Source of the DNA: Anolis carolinensis | Taxonomy: Eukaryota | Direction of reading: 5' to 3' | Length of the DNA stretch: 64,000 nt | Assembly (NCBI RefSeq): GCF_035594765.1 | Contig: NC_085846.1 | Coordinates: forward strand, 39,791,190 to 39,855,189 | Program-made: the position numbers and the translations under genes | Shown here: positions 29,536 through 57,902 of the stretch, one piece after another | How the letters are laid out: the number at the start of each line of letters is the position of its first letter | How positions within the stretch are numbered: the stretch's first letter is position 1 | Notes under the pieces: model-generated | Databases searched by the model: none | Seen by the model: only the letters and a program-made list of their open reading frames with translations | Told to the model about the DNA's origin: nothing

Positions 29536-31199
29536 CTAGCTGTGCCCGGCCACATGTTGCTGTGGTTTATGGGAATGTATTGTTGGCCAAGTGGAATAGC
29601 AGTGAATAGCCTTGCAGCCTCAAAGCCTGACTGTTTTCTTCTTACGGGAATCCTTGTTTGGTGAGCTGGAAAACAAAGGAATAGGCTTGCTACTTGGAAG
29701 GCTGAGTACTGTGAGTAGATGTGAGTAGATCAATAGGTACCGCTCCGGCAGGAAGGTAACAGCGCTCTATGCAGTCATGCTGGCCACATGACCTTGGAGG
29801 TGTCTACGGACAACGCCGGCTCTTCGGCTTAGAAATGGAGATGAGCACCAACCCCCAGAGTCGGCCACGACTGGACTTAACATCAGGGGAAAACCTTTAC
29901 CTTTTAGAATTGCAGTGAATAGCCTCACTACTCCAAAGCCTGGCTTCTTGCTACCTAGGAGAATCTTTGGTTGGCCAGCTTCAATAGTACAGAGTAGTAT
30001 AGATGCTTCAAAGCCTGGCCGCCTTCTACCAAGGTTAATCTTTTGTTGGTCTGGTTGAATTGCACAGAATAGCCCTGCAGTTCAATGCCTGGCTGTTTTA
30101 TACCTAGGGGAATCCTTGTTTGGCGAGCTGGAGTAGCATCCTTAATCAAAGAGTCGCTTTGAAGCCTGTCTACTTCCTGTGTAGGGCTATCCTTGTTTGA
30201 CCAGCTTGAATTGCACTGAATAGTCTTAAAAGCTTGTCCACTTTCTACATAGGGCATCCTTGCTAGGCCATGTTGAATGGGACGGAGTAGCCTCGTGGCT
30301 TCAAAGCCTGGGGGTTTTCTACCTAGTTGAAATCTTTGTTGGCCAGGTTGAATAGCACTGAATAGCCTTGTTGCTTGCAAGCCCGACTGCTTTCTACCTT
30401 GTGGAATCCTTGGTTGGCTAGGTTGAATAGCAGTTAATTAATACTTGTGTGGCAAGTATGAATGCTGCAATTAGTCACCTTGATTAGCATTTAATGGCCT
30501 TGTAGCTTCAAAGCCTAGCTGCTCCCTCCCTGGGAGAATCCTTCGTTGGGAGGTGTTAGCTGGCCCTGATTGTTTTCTTTTTGGAAATTCCAATTTCTCT
30601 GTTTTCAGAGTGTTGCTCTTTATTTACTGTCCTGATGTTAGAGATTATATTGTTCTGTATTATTATACCACAGTAATTATTATATATTATATTTATAATC
30701 TTATATCATCTGCTTAGAACTGGATTATATGAGACCCCTTCTACACAGCTGTATAAAATCCACACTGAACTAGATTATATGGCAGTGTGGGCTCAAGATA
30801 ATCCAGTTCAAAGTAGATACTGTGGTTTATGTGCCTTGGCATTCTGGGTTATATAGCTGTGTGGAAGGACCTTGAGTCTACACTGCCATATAATCCACTT
30901 CAAATGAGATAATCTGCATTTTATAGGCAGTGCAAATGAGGCCTAAGTGAATTTTGCCTGAGCGCCATGGTGGCTGAGGAGGTGGACAGGAAACGAAGGC
31001 GGCGGGGCCTACCTTTCTGACTGGCAGCCAGGGAGAAAATGGCTCTTCCTCATCCTCTGTAATTTGGACTATTTTACCAGGGTTTTTGAAAGACATAGAT
31101 TGGATGACTATGTCTTTTGTGGCCAAATTTGGTTCAGTGGTTTCTTTGTTTACTCCATGGGAAAACACACATTACATTTTTATATAAACTGTATATAGA
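29536..31199 (-). mobile_element. Non-autonomous Helitron with degenerate ~70-bp tandem repeats and a nested Sauria SINE (29718-29905) and MITE
   Basis: Minus 5' A|TCTATAT; 3' hairpin CCACAGCAACATGTGG then CTAG|T. Repeated TTGGCCAGGTTGAAT..GAATAGCC..TTCAAAGCCTGG units. Confidence 0.7.
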
Positions 31200-31281
31200 T
31201 TATTATTCTCCAAAAGGGCTTATTTTCAGTTGTCTTATTTTTTTCATGTACAACAATTTACACTTATTCAGTTAAGAACTA

Positions 31282-31604
31282 CAGTAGAGTCTCACTTATC
31301 CAACATAAATGGGCCGGCAGAATGTTGGATAAGCGAATATGTTGGATAATAAGGAGGCATTAAGGAAAAGCCTATTAAACATCAAATTAGGATATGATTT
31401 TACAAATTAAGCACCAAAACATCATGTTATACAACAAATTTGACAGAAATAGTAGTTCAATACGCAGCAATGCTATGTAGTAATTACTGTATTTACGAAT
31501 TTAGCACCAAAATATCACAATGTATTGAAAACATTGACTACAAAAATGCGTTGGATAATCCAGAACGTTGGATAAGCGAGTGTTGGATAAGTGAGACTCT
31601 ACTG
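31282..31604. mobile_element. Tc1/mariner (Tigger-like) MITE
   Basis: TA|CAGTAGAGTCTCACTTATCCAAC ... GTTGGATAAGTGAGACTCTACTG|TA. Confidence 0.85.
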
Positions 31605-32827
31605 TATTTAGATAATGTGCTGGAGTGGAAATATTAAAATTGAGATTGATATTTCAAATGTAACTTCTGTAGTTTGCTGTATAAATTGCATATACAAGGA
31701 GGGGAGGGTGGGAGTGGGATAAAACAATAAAACAACAATAAAAATTAAAAATACCTTTATTCAGTTATTTGTGTACAACAATTTAAATTTCTTCATTTGT
31801 GTACATTTATTCATTTATTAATGTACAATTTGCATTTATTACTTTATTTGTGTACAACAATCTGCATTTATTTATTCATGTAAAACAATCTACATTTATT
31901 TGTATATACAACATTCTACATTTACAGTAGAGTCTCATTTATTCAACCTTCGTTTATCCAACATTCTGGATTATTTAGCGCAGTCTGCCTCCTGCCCAGA
32001 TCTACAGCTGGATCTGGGCAGGAGGCAGACTGCATTGGGAGAGCAGAGATGAGCTCCCTCTTTCAGCTCCAGCTCCATGTGGGGACAAAAGAGAAGCCTC
32101 CCACAAGGATGGTCAAAACATCTGGGCATCCCTTTGGCAACATCCTTACAGACGGCCAATTCTCCAGAAGCGACTTGCAGTTTCTCAAGTTGCTCCTGAC
32201 TCACACAAAAATCTAGCCATGTAGAAACGGCCTAAGAATGCATTTGAATGGTTGGACTGGATATCCAGCCCAACCCCCTTCAATCAGGCATGAGGGTACA
32301 GTCAAAGCCCTCCTGACAGATGGCCGTCCCACTATAATCCAATGGGAGGGTGTGTGATTGAGGCTTCTTCCACACAGCTGTATAAAATCCACATTGAACT
32401 GGATTATATGGCAGTGTGGACCAGATAACCCAGTTCAAAGCAGATATTGTGGATTATGTGCCTTAATATTCTGGGTTATATGGCTGTGTGGAAAGACTCA
32501 TAGTATCCTCCTCTGGGGGTTTTGAAGGAGAGACTGGATGACCATTTGTCAGGAGTGGTTTGACAGTGTCTTCCTTTATGGCAGAAGGGGGTTGGGTTGT
32601 ATGGCCTCTGAGCTATATCTATATCTCTTTTTATATCAACTGTATCTACCTACCTACCTACCTGCTCTTTCTCTCATTCATATGATCTGTTGACTGTGAT
32701 ATTTGTGAGAAATCCCATGGTTATAAAGGGAAATATGCAAGAATTAACTGTAGTACATAAGATGTATGAAGGAGACAGTTCCGAACCTTGTTTAAACAGT
32801 AACGATTATATGAAACTTATATATCTA

Positions 32828-33308
32828 CTAGCTGTGCCTGGCCACACATTGCTGTGGCGAAGTATGGTGGTATGGGAAATAAAGTATTGAGGAATTGGTG
32901 GTAGTTAAGGTAAAAGGTAAAGGTTTTCTCCTGGCATTAAGTCCATTATAAATGGGTTATATAGCTGTGTGGAAGGGCCTTGAGTCTACACTGCCATATA
33001 ATCCAGTGCAAATTAGATAATCTGTAGAAGAGGCCTAAGTGAGGCCTAACTCGGCCTGTCCCCTGGGCTGAGTGGGTTGCTAGGAGACCAAGTGGGCAGA
33101 GATTAGTCCTCTAACTGGCAGCAATTGGATAAAAACAATTATTCCTTTCCCTCTAATTAGGACTTGACTTTTCTTTTTGTTGTATCAAAACAAAAGGCGT
33201 GTAGAGGCGTGGATGATGGGTTGTGTTGTCAAATTTCGAGGTTGGGGGGCCTGTAGTTTTGTTGTTTTGTTGGTCGCCGTGATGCCATCACTCATTTATA
33301 TATATAGA
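32828..33308 (-). mobile_element. Non-autonomous Helitron (same termini as 29536-31199)
   Basis: Minus 5' A|TCTATATA; 3' GCCACAGCAATGTGTGGC hairpin then CTAG|T. Confidence 0.7.
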
Positions 33309-34483
33309 TTGCATATTGAATGAAACTCTTATAAGAGGTTGGTTTAACCTCCAGTTTGCTATTAAAACTGTCACAAACGGATACAGGTGTAAAAAGTGTG
33401 TCACCAACAAGAACAGTTTGCAAAGCTCTGACCTAGATATTTCTAGAGATCACACCTATATCCATTTTTAGATCCACCAGTACAATTCTATGGTCAACCT
33501 CCGGCAAAATGTGTTGGACTATGGCTTCGACTGGCATACTTTACTGCAGCTTTCAATGCAGACTTTAGCCTGGATGAGGAATCCCGACAAAAAGAGAACT
33601 CTTATCAGTACCTAAATGCTTCCCTTCATGCTTCGTTGCCTGTATTTTAAATGAAAGACTGCTTCATTTTTTAAGAGAGACAAGAAAAATTACTAAAAGC
33701 GTTTTCATTTGATGTGCTTGCCACTGAGATTCCCATTAATAAAACCATTTATCAGCTACACTGCTTTATTTTCCAGTTCTTCTCAGCATTACATCTGTTG
33801 CTTTGTCTGTTTCTGCCAAATCAATACATTTTTAATGACCACTGCAAGAACATAAAGGGCTGTTTATGTGTGTTTCAACACTGAGCCGACAAACTTTTAG
33901 AAAGAATCAGCAAATTTATGAGACATTCTAAAGTGTTAAGTATGCCATCTTGTATGTTGAATAATATTCTTAATGGGTTTAAGGCAAAATGACAACCCAT
34001 TACGAACTACCTAATATATGCCTCCAATATTCGTATGCCATCTGGTATACCCACCACATGTGATGATTTGCCTGCGGAACGGTACATTTCTAGTATTTAA
34101 AATGTATAACAGAAAACATTGTTCTAAACGTGGCAGATGTTAAACCCCAGTCAAACATTTTATATTGTGTTTCATGCAAATAAAATAGAAAATATTAACT
34201 TTATAGAGAAACACGTACAGTCTTTGTTCTGAAATTGTCATTCCAACATTTCCTTGCTTTACTCCCTTTCATTACAAAGCTGAAAATATTGCCCAAATGT
34301 GTTTAATTTTTCCAGGACATTACTTTCTTAAGCATAGAAATGGAGACCTGGTTGATTTAAGAGAAAATGTCTTGTATGTAAAATAATGCAACACTTTTAA
34401 CGTATCTTTGCCCATTGTTAAAACTGGATGCAATGAATTGATCAATGTAATAGTGGTATATTGATTTTCTTGATTTTGAAATA

Positions 34484-34644
34484 CAGTGTTCTCTCATTTA
34501 TCGCAGGAATTACGTCCCAGGACCACCCACGAAAAGTTAAAATCCATGAAGTAGGGACGTTATATTTATTTTAATATTTATATTTTAAAAAAGCAAAACA
34601 GCGAATCCACGAAAAGCGAACCGTGAAGTAGTGAGGGAACACTG
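34484..34644. mobile_element. Tc1/mariner-type MITE
   Basis: TA|CAGTGTTCTCTCA ... TGAGGGAACACTG|TA. Confidence 0.7.
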
Positions 34645-34881
34645 TATACCTCTTTGGGAACATGCAGCAATAGGAGAGTTTCAATGGTAGTCATTACAGT
34701 TGTATTAATCTATATGTATGAATATTTTAATTTTTTCCATTTTTTAAAACTTCCAATACATTTAAGGAAATAATAAGCAGACTTGAAATTAAAGTGTGCA
34801 CTACAGTAAAAAAAAAAAAGCTAGATAATAAGTGTTTAATCCATGCATATGCCTTCAAGTTAACAGCTGTCATCAACACCA

Positions 34882-35153
34882 GGAGCCCCTGGTGGCGCAG
34901 TGGGTTAAATCCTTGTGTCAGCAGGACTACTGACTTGAAGGTTGGGTTGCTGACCTGAAGGTGGCCAGTTCGAATCCAACCCAGGCAGAGCATGGATCAG
35001 CTCCCTCTGTCAGCTCCAGCTCCATGAGGGGACATGAGAGAAGCCTCCCACAAGGATAGTAAAAATATCAAAACATCTGGGCATCCCGAGCAATGTCCTT
35101 GCAAACGGCCAATTTTTTCGCACCAAAAACGACTTGCAGTTTCTCAAGTCACT

Positions 35154-35160
<7 letters not shown>
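34882..35160 (+). mobile_element. tRNA-derived SINE (second family; copies at ~32040, 39230, 58915 minus, 59868 minus), followed by (CA)n
   Basis: GGAGCCCCTGGTGGCGCAGTGGGTTAAA head, GTTCGAATCC B box and conserved GACTTGCAGTTTCTCAAGTC.CTCCT.ACA 3' end. Confidence 0.75.
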
Positions 35161-35193
<33 letters not shown>

Positions 35194-38100
35194 ATAGCTG
35201 ACATATTCAACCCCATGAATTTCATAGGATTTTTTTAGGCAAGAAATGTTCAAAAGGTGATTTTGTTAGTTTCTTCTTCTGGAATATAGTGTTTCCTTGC
35301 TGTATCGCAGGTTTTTAATAAACACTAAAATAACATTATAAATCATAAAAAATTATGATTCACAGTGGCGGTGGTCTCAGTCGGGTGCGGGCGGCAGGGC
35401 AGAGGAGCCCAACCAGTAGCAGGAGAAGGAGGCAGCACCGTGTTCCCCTGCCTCTTTCTTCCCTTCCTCTCTCCCTCCTTCTACTTCCTTCCTAAGGAGA
35501 AGCCTAATAAATATAGCATCCCCTTACTTTGTAGATTTTCACTTTTCGTGGGTGGAACCACAATAAGTGAAGGAACACTGCATGCCTACAGGTTTTGGTA
35601 TTCATTGGTGGTCTCTCATCCAATCACTCACCAGGGCTGACTCTGCTTAGCTTTCAAGGCCAGAGAGTGTCTGGTGCCTTAGACCCCTTCTACACAGCTG
35701 TATAAAATCCACATTGAACTGGATTATCTGGCAGTGTGGACTCAGACATATCCCTGACAGATGGCAGCGTGAACTCAGATAACCCAGTTCAAAGCAGATA
35801 TTATGGATATCTGCCTTGATATTCTGAGTTATATGGCTATGTGGATGGGCCCTTAATTTAGGGTATTTACTTCTGCATTTTTCAGATCTCAGATGCTGTG
35901 GTATCAACTCACTCATTTTTAAGAGCATTATTTTACTGCTCATATGTTCTAATAGAGTAGAACATTGGGGCTATGTCATCCATTACTATTTGTGAATGTA
36001 TGTTGCCATTGTGTAAGTGTGTGTGGTGAAGGATGCTGCAAAGGATTCAGTGCACACTTGTGAAGAACATCGGTGTCAGTGGGCTCAGCTTGCCATCCAT
36101 CACAAAAAACGCGGTTTCTAAATGGCAAGGATAGGATTGGGAAGTGACCAGAAAAAGCAATTCGTCTGTTACCACTACAATCAGACTGGAACACACACAC
36201 ACACACACACACTCCTTGTTGAAATGGTCCTCTCAAACTGATGGTGTGCAAGGTAGCAAACTGTATCCCTAGTCAGCGGCTATATCTCTTTTTTTAACTC
36301 ACACACATTGCTCTAGTGCCATCTAGTGAGAAAAGCATTCCAGGGCTCTGAAGCAATAAAGGCCAATGATGGAATGAAACAGGATTAACAGTTAGAGCTA
36401 GGTAGCTTCTACAGGTATGAGACTTATTCTATACAAAAAGAAATACCCAGAAGCTACCAAGAAACTGCAAAGAGTTTTTTAAAGAAAAAAATGGAGGAGA
36501 GAGTCAGAAATTGTACTGAATTTATTATCAGCAACAGACACAAATCACCATTAATACATTCTTTCTCTTGCACTAAACCGGTCAAAACAAAACACACATA
36601 CTAAGAAAATAATCAAGGGACCAGGAAAGTTTTCTAAAGTGCAGGAAACACATAATCCAAGGGTTTGAAGTAGAAATGTACCTACATTAAAACAGATCTG
36701 TTTCAGTAGAATAATGTACATACATGTCACAGGCCAACTAATTTGTAGAAATACACAGACTCTACACAGCATGAAAGAGCACTGCTTACCATCCAGACTA
36801 ATCTCCACAGTCTCTGAGGCCCCTTCCCCACTGCCGCTATATCACAGGATCGGATCCCAGATTATCCAACAGTGGAGATCCATATAATCCAGTTTAAAAC
36901 AGATAACCTGGGATCCAATCCTGAGATATAGGGCAGTGTAGAAGGGACCTGAGCATGAATGTTGCCAAGATTCCTTCAAGGACCACAACGATGCATTTAT
37001 CTACTTAGATCTTCCTTACAAGATGGCTAAGAGGAAAGTTACAGGCACCAACCATGTAGATAAAGGAATCTTTCACAGACTATGGGTATTCTTTCCGGAG
37101 GCTATTAGCAGGGCACTATCTGATATCCAAAGGGGCAACCGAGCCACAAATAATGTAGATCTCCTGATTTCAGTATCTGCAGCTTTCAACAGCATTTGAA
37201 GAAAAAAAATAACACAAGAGTGGAACATTCCAGCCAAGCCTTGCTACTTCCACAGATCTGGCATAAGAATCAAATTCAAGGTCATGCAGTCCCAATTTAA
37301 AAAATAGCAGCTTTGGGCTGGATCTAAAAAACATAATAAAGGAAGGCAATTTTGTGTGCCAATACAGAGATACCAAGTCAGACCAGAACGTTTATCCCTT
37401 TAAGGAGAGTTAGGAAAGCTGCCATTTAAACAGACAAGCTCCACTTTTTCACTGTGCACATAAAGCTAGGAAGCATCCCACCTGATAGAAAAAGTATTTG
37501 TGTTAGATCCCAAGCACCAAACAGGAGTTTTAACAACTGCTTAATTATGATGTCCCTCTCCAACAGGGTTGTGTGCGTGTGTGGCCTTATGAAGCCCAGA
37601 GTCTACATGTCCTTGTTGTCTAGGCAGCTGTAATACAGGGAGATGCTTAAGGTACTGGTTGACATGTAAGCAGATGCAGAATCCCATTGCAGCACACAAG
37701 AATGTAATGTGAAAATTCCCTGCAAGTGTTTGGTCCTAACACATATGGGTCAAATAGTTTAAGGCCTTTAACACAGTGGACTTCCCTGCTCAGTTTCTGG
37801 GAACTCAGCCACTACAGGCTGAGGGCGGTGTAACTGGTATATACATCCTGCAGGAGAAAAACACCAATGGTATTCCATGGGACTTGGAGCAGAAACAGGT
37901 TCCCCAGCAGAAGTTCCCCCTGGGATGAAAGATGTCCCTCTGATCTGTTGCCCATCTTGTCTACTGACGCCACTACAAGAAAAGGAGGCTAGCCTTAAGG
38001 GCTGAGATTTTTGCACATGGACCTTTTCCACACAGCTGTCTCAAGACAGACGCTGCCTTCCCTAAGAGTTTCATGTAGCAGCTCAGCAACAAGAAGCCAC

Positions 38101-38218
38101 CACCAAAAAAAGCAACACTGCCTCCCATGTGAACACACAAGCAGTGGCCTCCTGTGCTGAGAAATAAGTGCTTTCCCACGCAAAAGAGTTCCAGTGAGGC
38201 CCACACCTCCCTCATAAT

Positions 38219-46320
<8,102 letters not shown>

Positions 46321-48283
46321 CCGCTTTTTACATCCTCAATAGTTAGGAACCTGTTCTGGATAATAACTTTGTCCTACTACACTGAAGGGCTGTCCTAACC
46401 TCCCTCTGCAACTTCCCCCAATGAGTGTCTCTCTGACCCTTTCTACACTGCCATATAATCCAGATGATCAAATCAGATAATTCACAATATCTACTGGATT
46501 ATATGAGTTTACACTGCCACATAACCCAGTTCAAATCAGATCATCTGATTGTATATGGCAGCGTAGCAGGGGTCCTAGATTATCTATTTTGTACTGGAAT
46601 ATATTGCAGTGTTGCCTAATACAATCCAGCTCGAAGCAGATAATCAGGAATGTATATGGCTGTGTATAACACACAACAACCCTGTGATTCCAGCCATGAA
46701 AGCTTTCGACAACATATCTATTTTGAACTGGAATACATGGCAGTGTAGTTTAATATAATCTGGTTCAAATAGAATAATCTGTATTGTATATGGCAGTGTA
46801 GAAAGTGTCCTAGATTTTGAACTGGAATATATGGCAGTGTAGCCTAATATAATCCACTTCAAAGCAGATAATCTGGATTGCATATGTTGTTGTAGAAGGG
46901 GCCTCAGTCCTTAGCGTGTCACAAGTACATATACAATTTTCCACGAAAGATGTGATCCAAAGTGCATCTACGCTGTAGAATGAATGAAATTTGACAGCAC
47001 TTTAGCTGCCATGGCTCAATGCTCTGGAATTCTGGGAGTTGTAGTTGGTGAGGCCCCAGCATTCTTTGGCAGAGAAGACGAAAGATCTTGTGAAACTACA
47101 ACTCCCATGATTCCATAGCACTGAGCTATGGCAACTAAAGTGGTGCCAAGCTGCATTCATTATACAGTGGACCGTTATCTCGCTGCAGACATTTCCACAG
47201 GCCAAGGGTGCCAACTTAGCAGTTCGAAAACATGCCAATGTGAGTAGATCAATAGGTACCGCTCCGGCTGGGAGGTAACAGTGCTCCATGCAGTCATGGC
47301 GGCCACATGACCTTGGAGGTGTCTACGGACAACGCCGGCTCTTCGGCTTAGAAATGGAGATGAGCACCAACCCCCAGAATCAGACATGACTGGACTTAAT
47401 GTCAGGGGAAACATTTACCTTTACCTTAGGGTGGATCAACACCAGGCCTGAGCAAACTTTGGCTCTCCAGGTGTTTTGGACTCCAACTCCCACAATTCCT
47501 AACAGCCGTATGGCTGTTAGGAATTGTGGGAATTGGAGTCCGAAACATCTGGAGAGCCAAAGTTTGCCCAGGCCTAATTACACTGTAGAATGAATGCAGT
47601 TTAGCACCATTTTTAGCTGCCAAGGCCCAATGAGATGGAATAATGGGAGTTGTAGGTTCACAAGCTGCTGCCTCTAGTAACAACTCCTAGCATTCTGAAG
47701 CACTGAGGGTGCCAAACTGCATCAATTCCACAGTGTGGATGCACCCTGGCTCGCAATTAAGGTTCGTCTTCCTCCTCCCACAATAGTGTTGGGACTAAGC
47801 AGTTAAAAGGAGCACATTGTATAACACGTATTTGATGCCTTTCTATGGGGCTCCTTCCACACTGCCCCTATATCCCAGGATCTGATCTCCGGCCCCTTCC
47901 ACACAGCAGAATAAAATCCCACATTATCTGCTTTGAACTGGGATATATGGCAGTGTGGATTCAGGGCCCTTCCACACAGCCATAAAGCCCAGAATATCTG
48001 GTAATGGAGATTCATACAATCCAGTTTAAAGGAGATCATCTTGGATCAGATCCTGAGATATAGGGTAGTATAGAAGAGCTCTATGGGACGTGTCAGGAAA
48101 ATTCTGGACTTCTGTCCCCTTGGAAGAGCAGGCGATGGGCAGTGACAGCTGGGCAAGGGGCGGCCCTGGCCTTGGCTCCGCCTGTGCAAAAGGGTCTCCC
48201 AATAAGCCATCAGGTTTCTCTCCCCTCCTTCCTAAAAGGGAGCCGAAGAGGGTTTGGACTGGATTTCCCCTGCTGCAGCAGCC

Positions 48284-56286
<8,003 letters not shown>

Positions 56287-57586
56287 AAAGATACATATCC
56301 CAAAGGTAAGTTTCACAACACCTAAAATGAGATTTCTAGGCTTATTTGAAATGAGGGGAGGTGAGACACCCCCCCCCCCTTAAAGAGCTGGTAAAATGGG
56401 ACTGAGACTGGATTTACACTGCCATACAATCCAGTTCAAAGCAGTGTAGAAGGGGCCTTGGTTTCACTGGAGTTATCTACTCAAATCTCAGATTGTCAAA
56501 GCAAAATATAACTGAATTGTTTACCTTAACAAACTTCCGCTTTGCTTATTTCTAAACATCACATAAAAATAATCTCAACACAGCCCTTCAACCTTCTATG
56601 TATGCTATTTAACTTTTGCAGATTTGATTATCTGTGGATTAGATTAACATAGCCCCTCCTACACAGTCATATAATCCTGATTATCAAAGCAAAGGATCCA
56701 CTTTACCTGATTTGAACTGGATTGTATGAGTCTACACTGCCATATAATTCAGTTCAAAGCAGATGATCTGGATTTGATATGGCAGTGTACAAGGGGCCTA
56801 AGGCTGGAACTACACTGCCCTATATGCCATGATCTGATCCCTAATTATCTGCTTATCCCAGGTAGTGTAGACTCATATAATCCAGTTTAAATCAGATAAT
56901 CTGGGATCAGATCCTGGCATACAGGGCAGTGTAGATCCAGCCTAATACAATGCAGTTCAATTCAGTTAAATTGCATTGAACTGCATTACAGGCAGTCCCC
57001 AAATTACAAAAATATTAATTCTAATATCTTTGTTCTTATATTGAATTTGTATGTAAATTGGAACAGGTACATTTTTTAAGTGTAACTCAGTCATATATAT
57101 TTCTATATTAGCTTTGGTGTTCGTTTTGCTGTCTGTGCCTCTGTTCAGAAGATTTCACCTCACTTTCTGTCTCTGTGATCACTGAATTTTGAAAAATTTG
57201 GCTTGTGTATAAGCAAGGATTAGTGATAAAGGTTCAGTTGGGACACCTTAGATATCTAGGCTCTAACTTTCCCGTATAGAAATGTAGTTCTTTGAATAAA
57301 GTATTTTATAACTCTTGAATTGCTGAAGCTCATTCGCTCTGCTTCTAGCACAAGAAGCTTCTGATACTGATTTATATTTTTAAATGCTTTAAAAAATGAC
57401 CCAACATGACCTATGTCTACACTGACAATTTCAAGATACATTGTATGGCAGTGTAGATGGGGGCCTGTATTTGGAAGTGAAGCCAGCTAGAAAGAGGCTG
57501 CTGGGTGTAGTATTCTGTTTCCAATCCACTTTGGGCCCTTCAAACAGCCATGTAACCCAGAATATCAAGGCAAATAATTTACAATA

Positions 57587-57902
57587 CAGTGGAGTCTCAC
57601 TTATCCAACTTATCCGGCAGAATGTTGGATAAGCGAATATGTTGGATAATAAGAAGGGATTAAGGAAAAGCCTATTAAACATCAAATTAGGTTATGATTT
57701 TACAAATTAAGCACCAAAACATCATGTTATACAACAAATTTGACAGAAAAAGTAGTTCAATGCGCAGTAATGCTATGTAGTAATTACTGTATTTACGAAT
57801 TTAGCACCAAAATATCACAATGTATTGAAAACATTGACTACAAAAATGCGTTGGATAATCCAGAACGTTGGATAAGCGAGTGTTAGATAAGTGAGACTAC
57901 TG
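57587..57902. mobile_element. Tc1/mariner MITE (near-identical to 31282-31604) nested in a Harbinger MITE
   Basis: TA TSD and the same TIRs. It interrupts the host MITE motif ACAA(TA)TCTGCTTTGAAC. Confidence 0.85.

Noticed and set aside
29900-30430. Regularly spaced repeats suggestive of a CRISPR-like array
   Set aside because: Eukaryotic DNA. The units are degenerate tandem repeats within a Helitron, with no unique spacers and no cas genes.
31980-32032. Near-perfect hairpin resembling a pre-miRNA or terminator
   Set aside because: Contiguous with a truncated Tc1-type MITE starting at ~31925, so most simply its internal palindrome.
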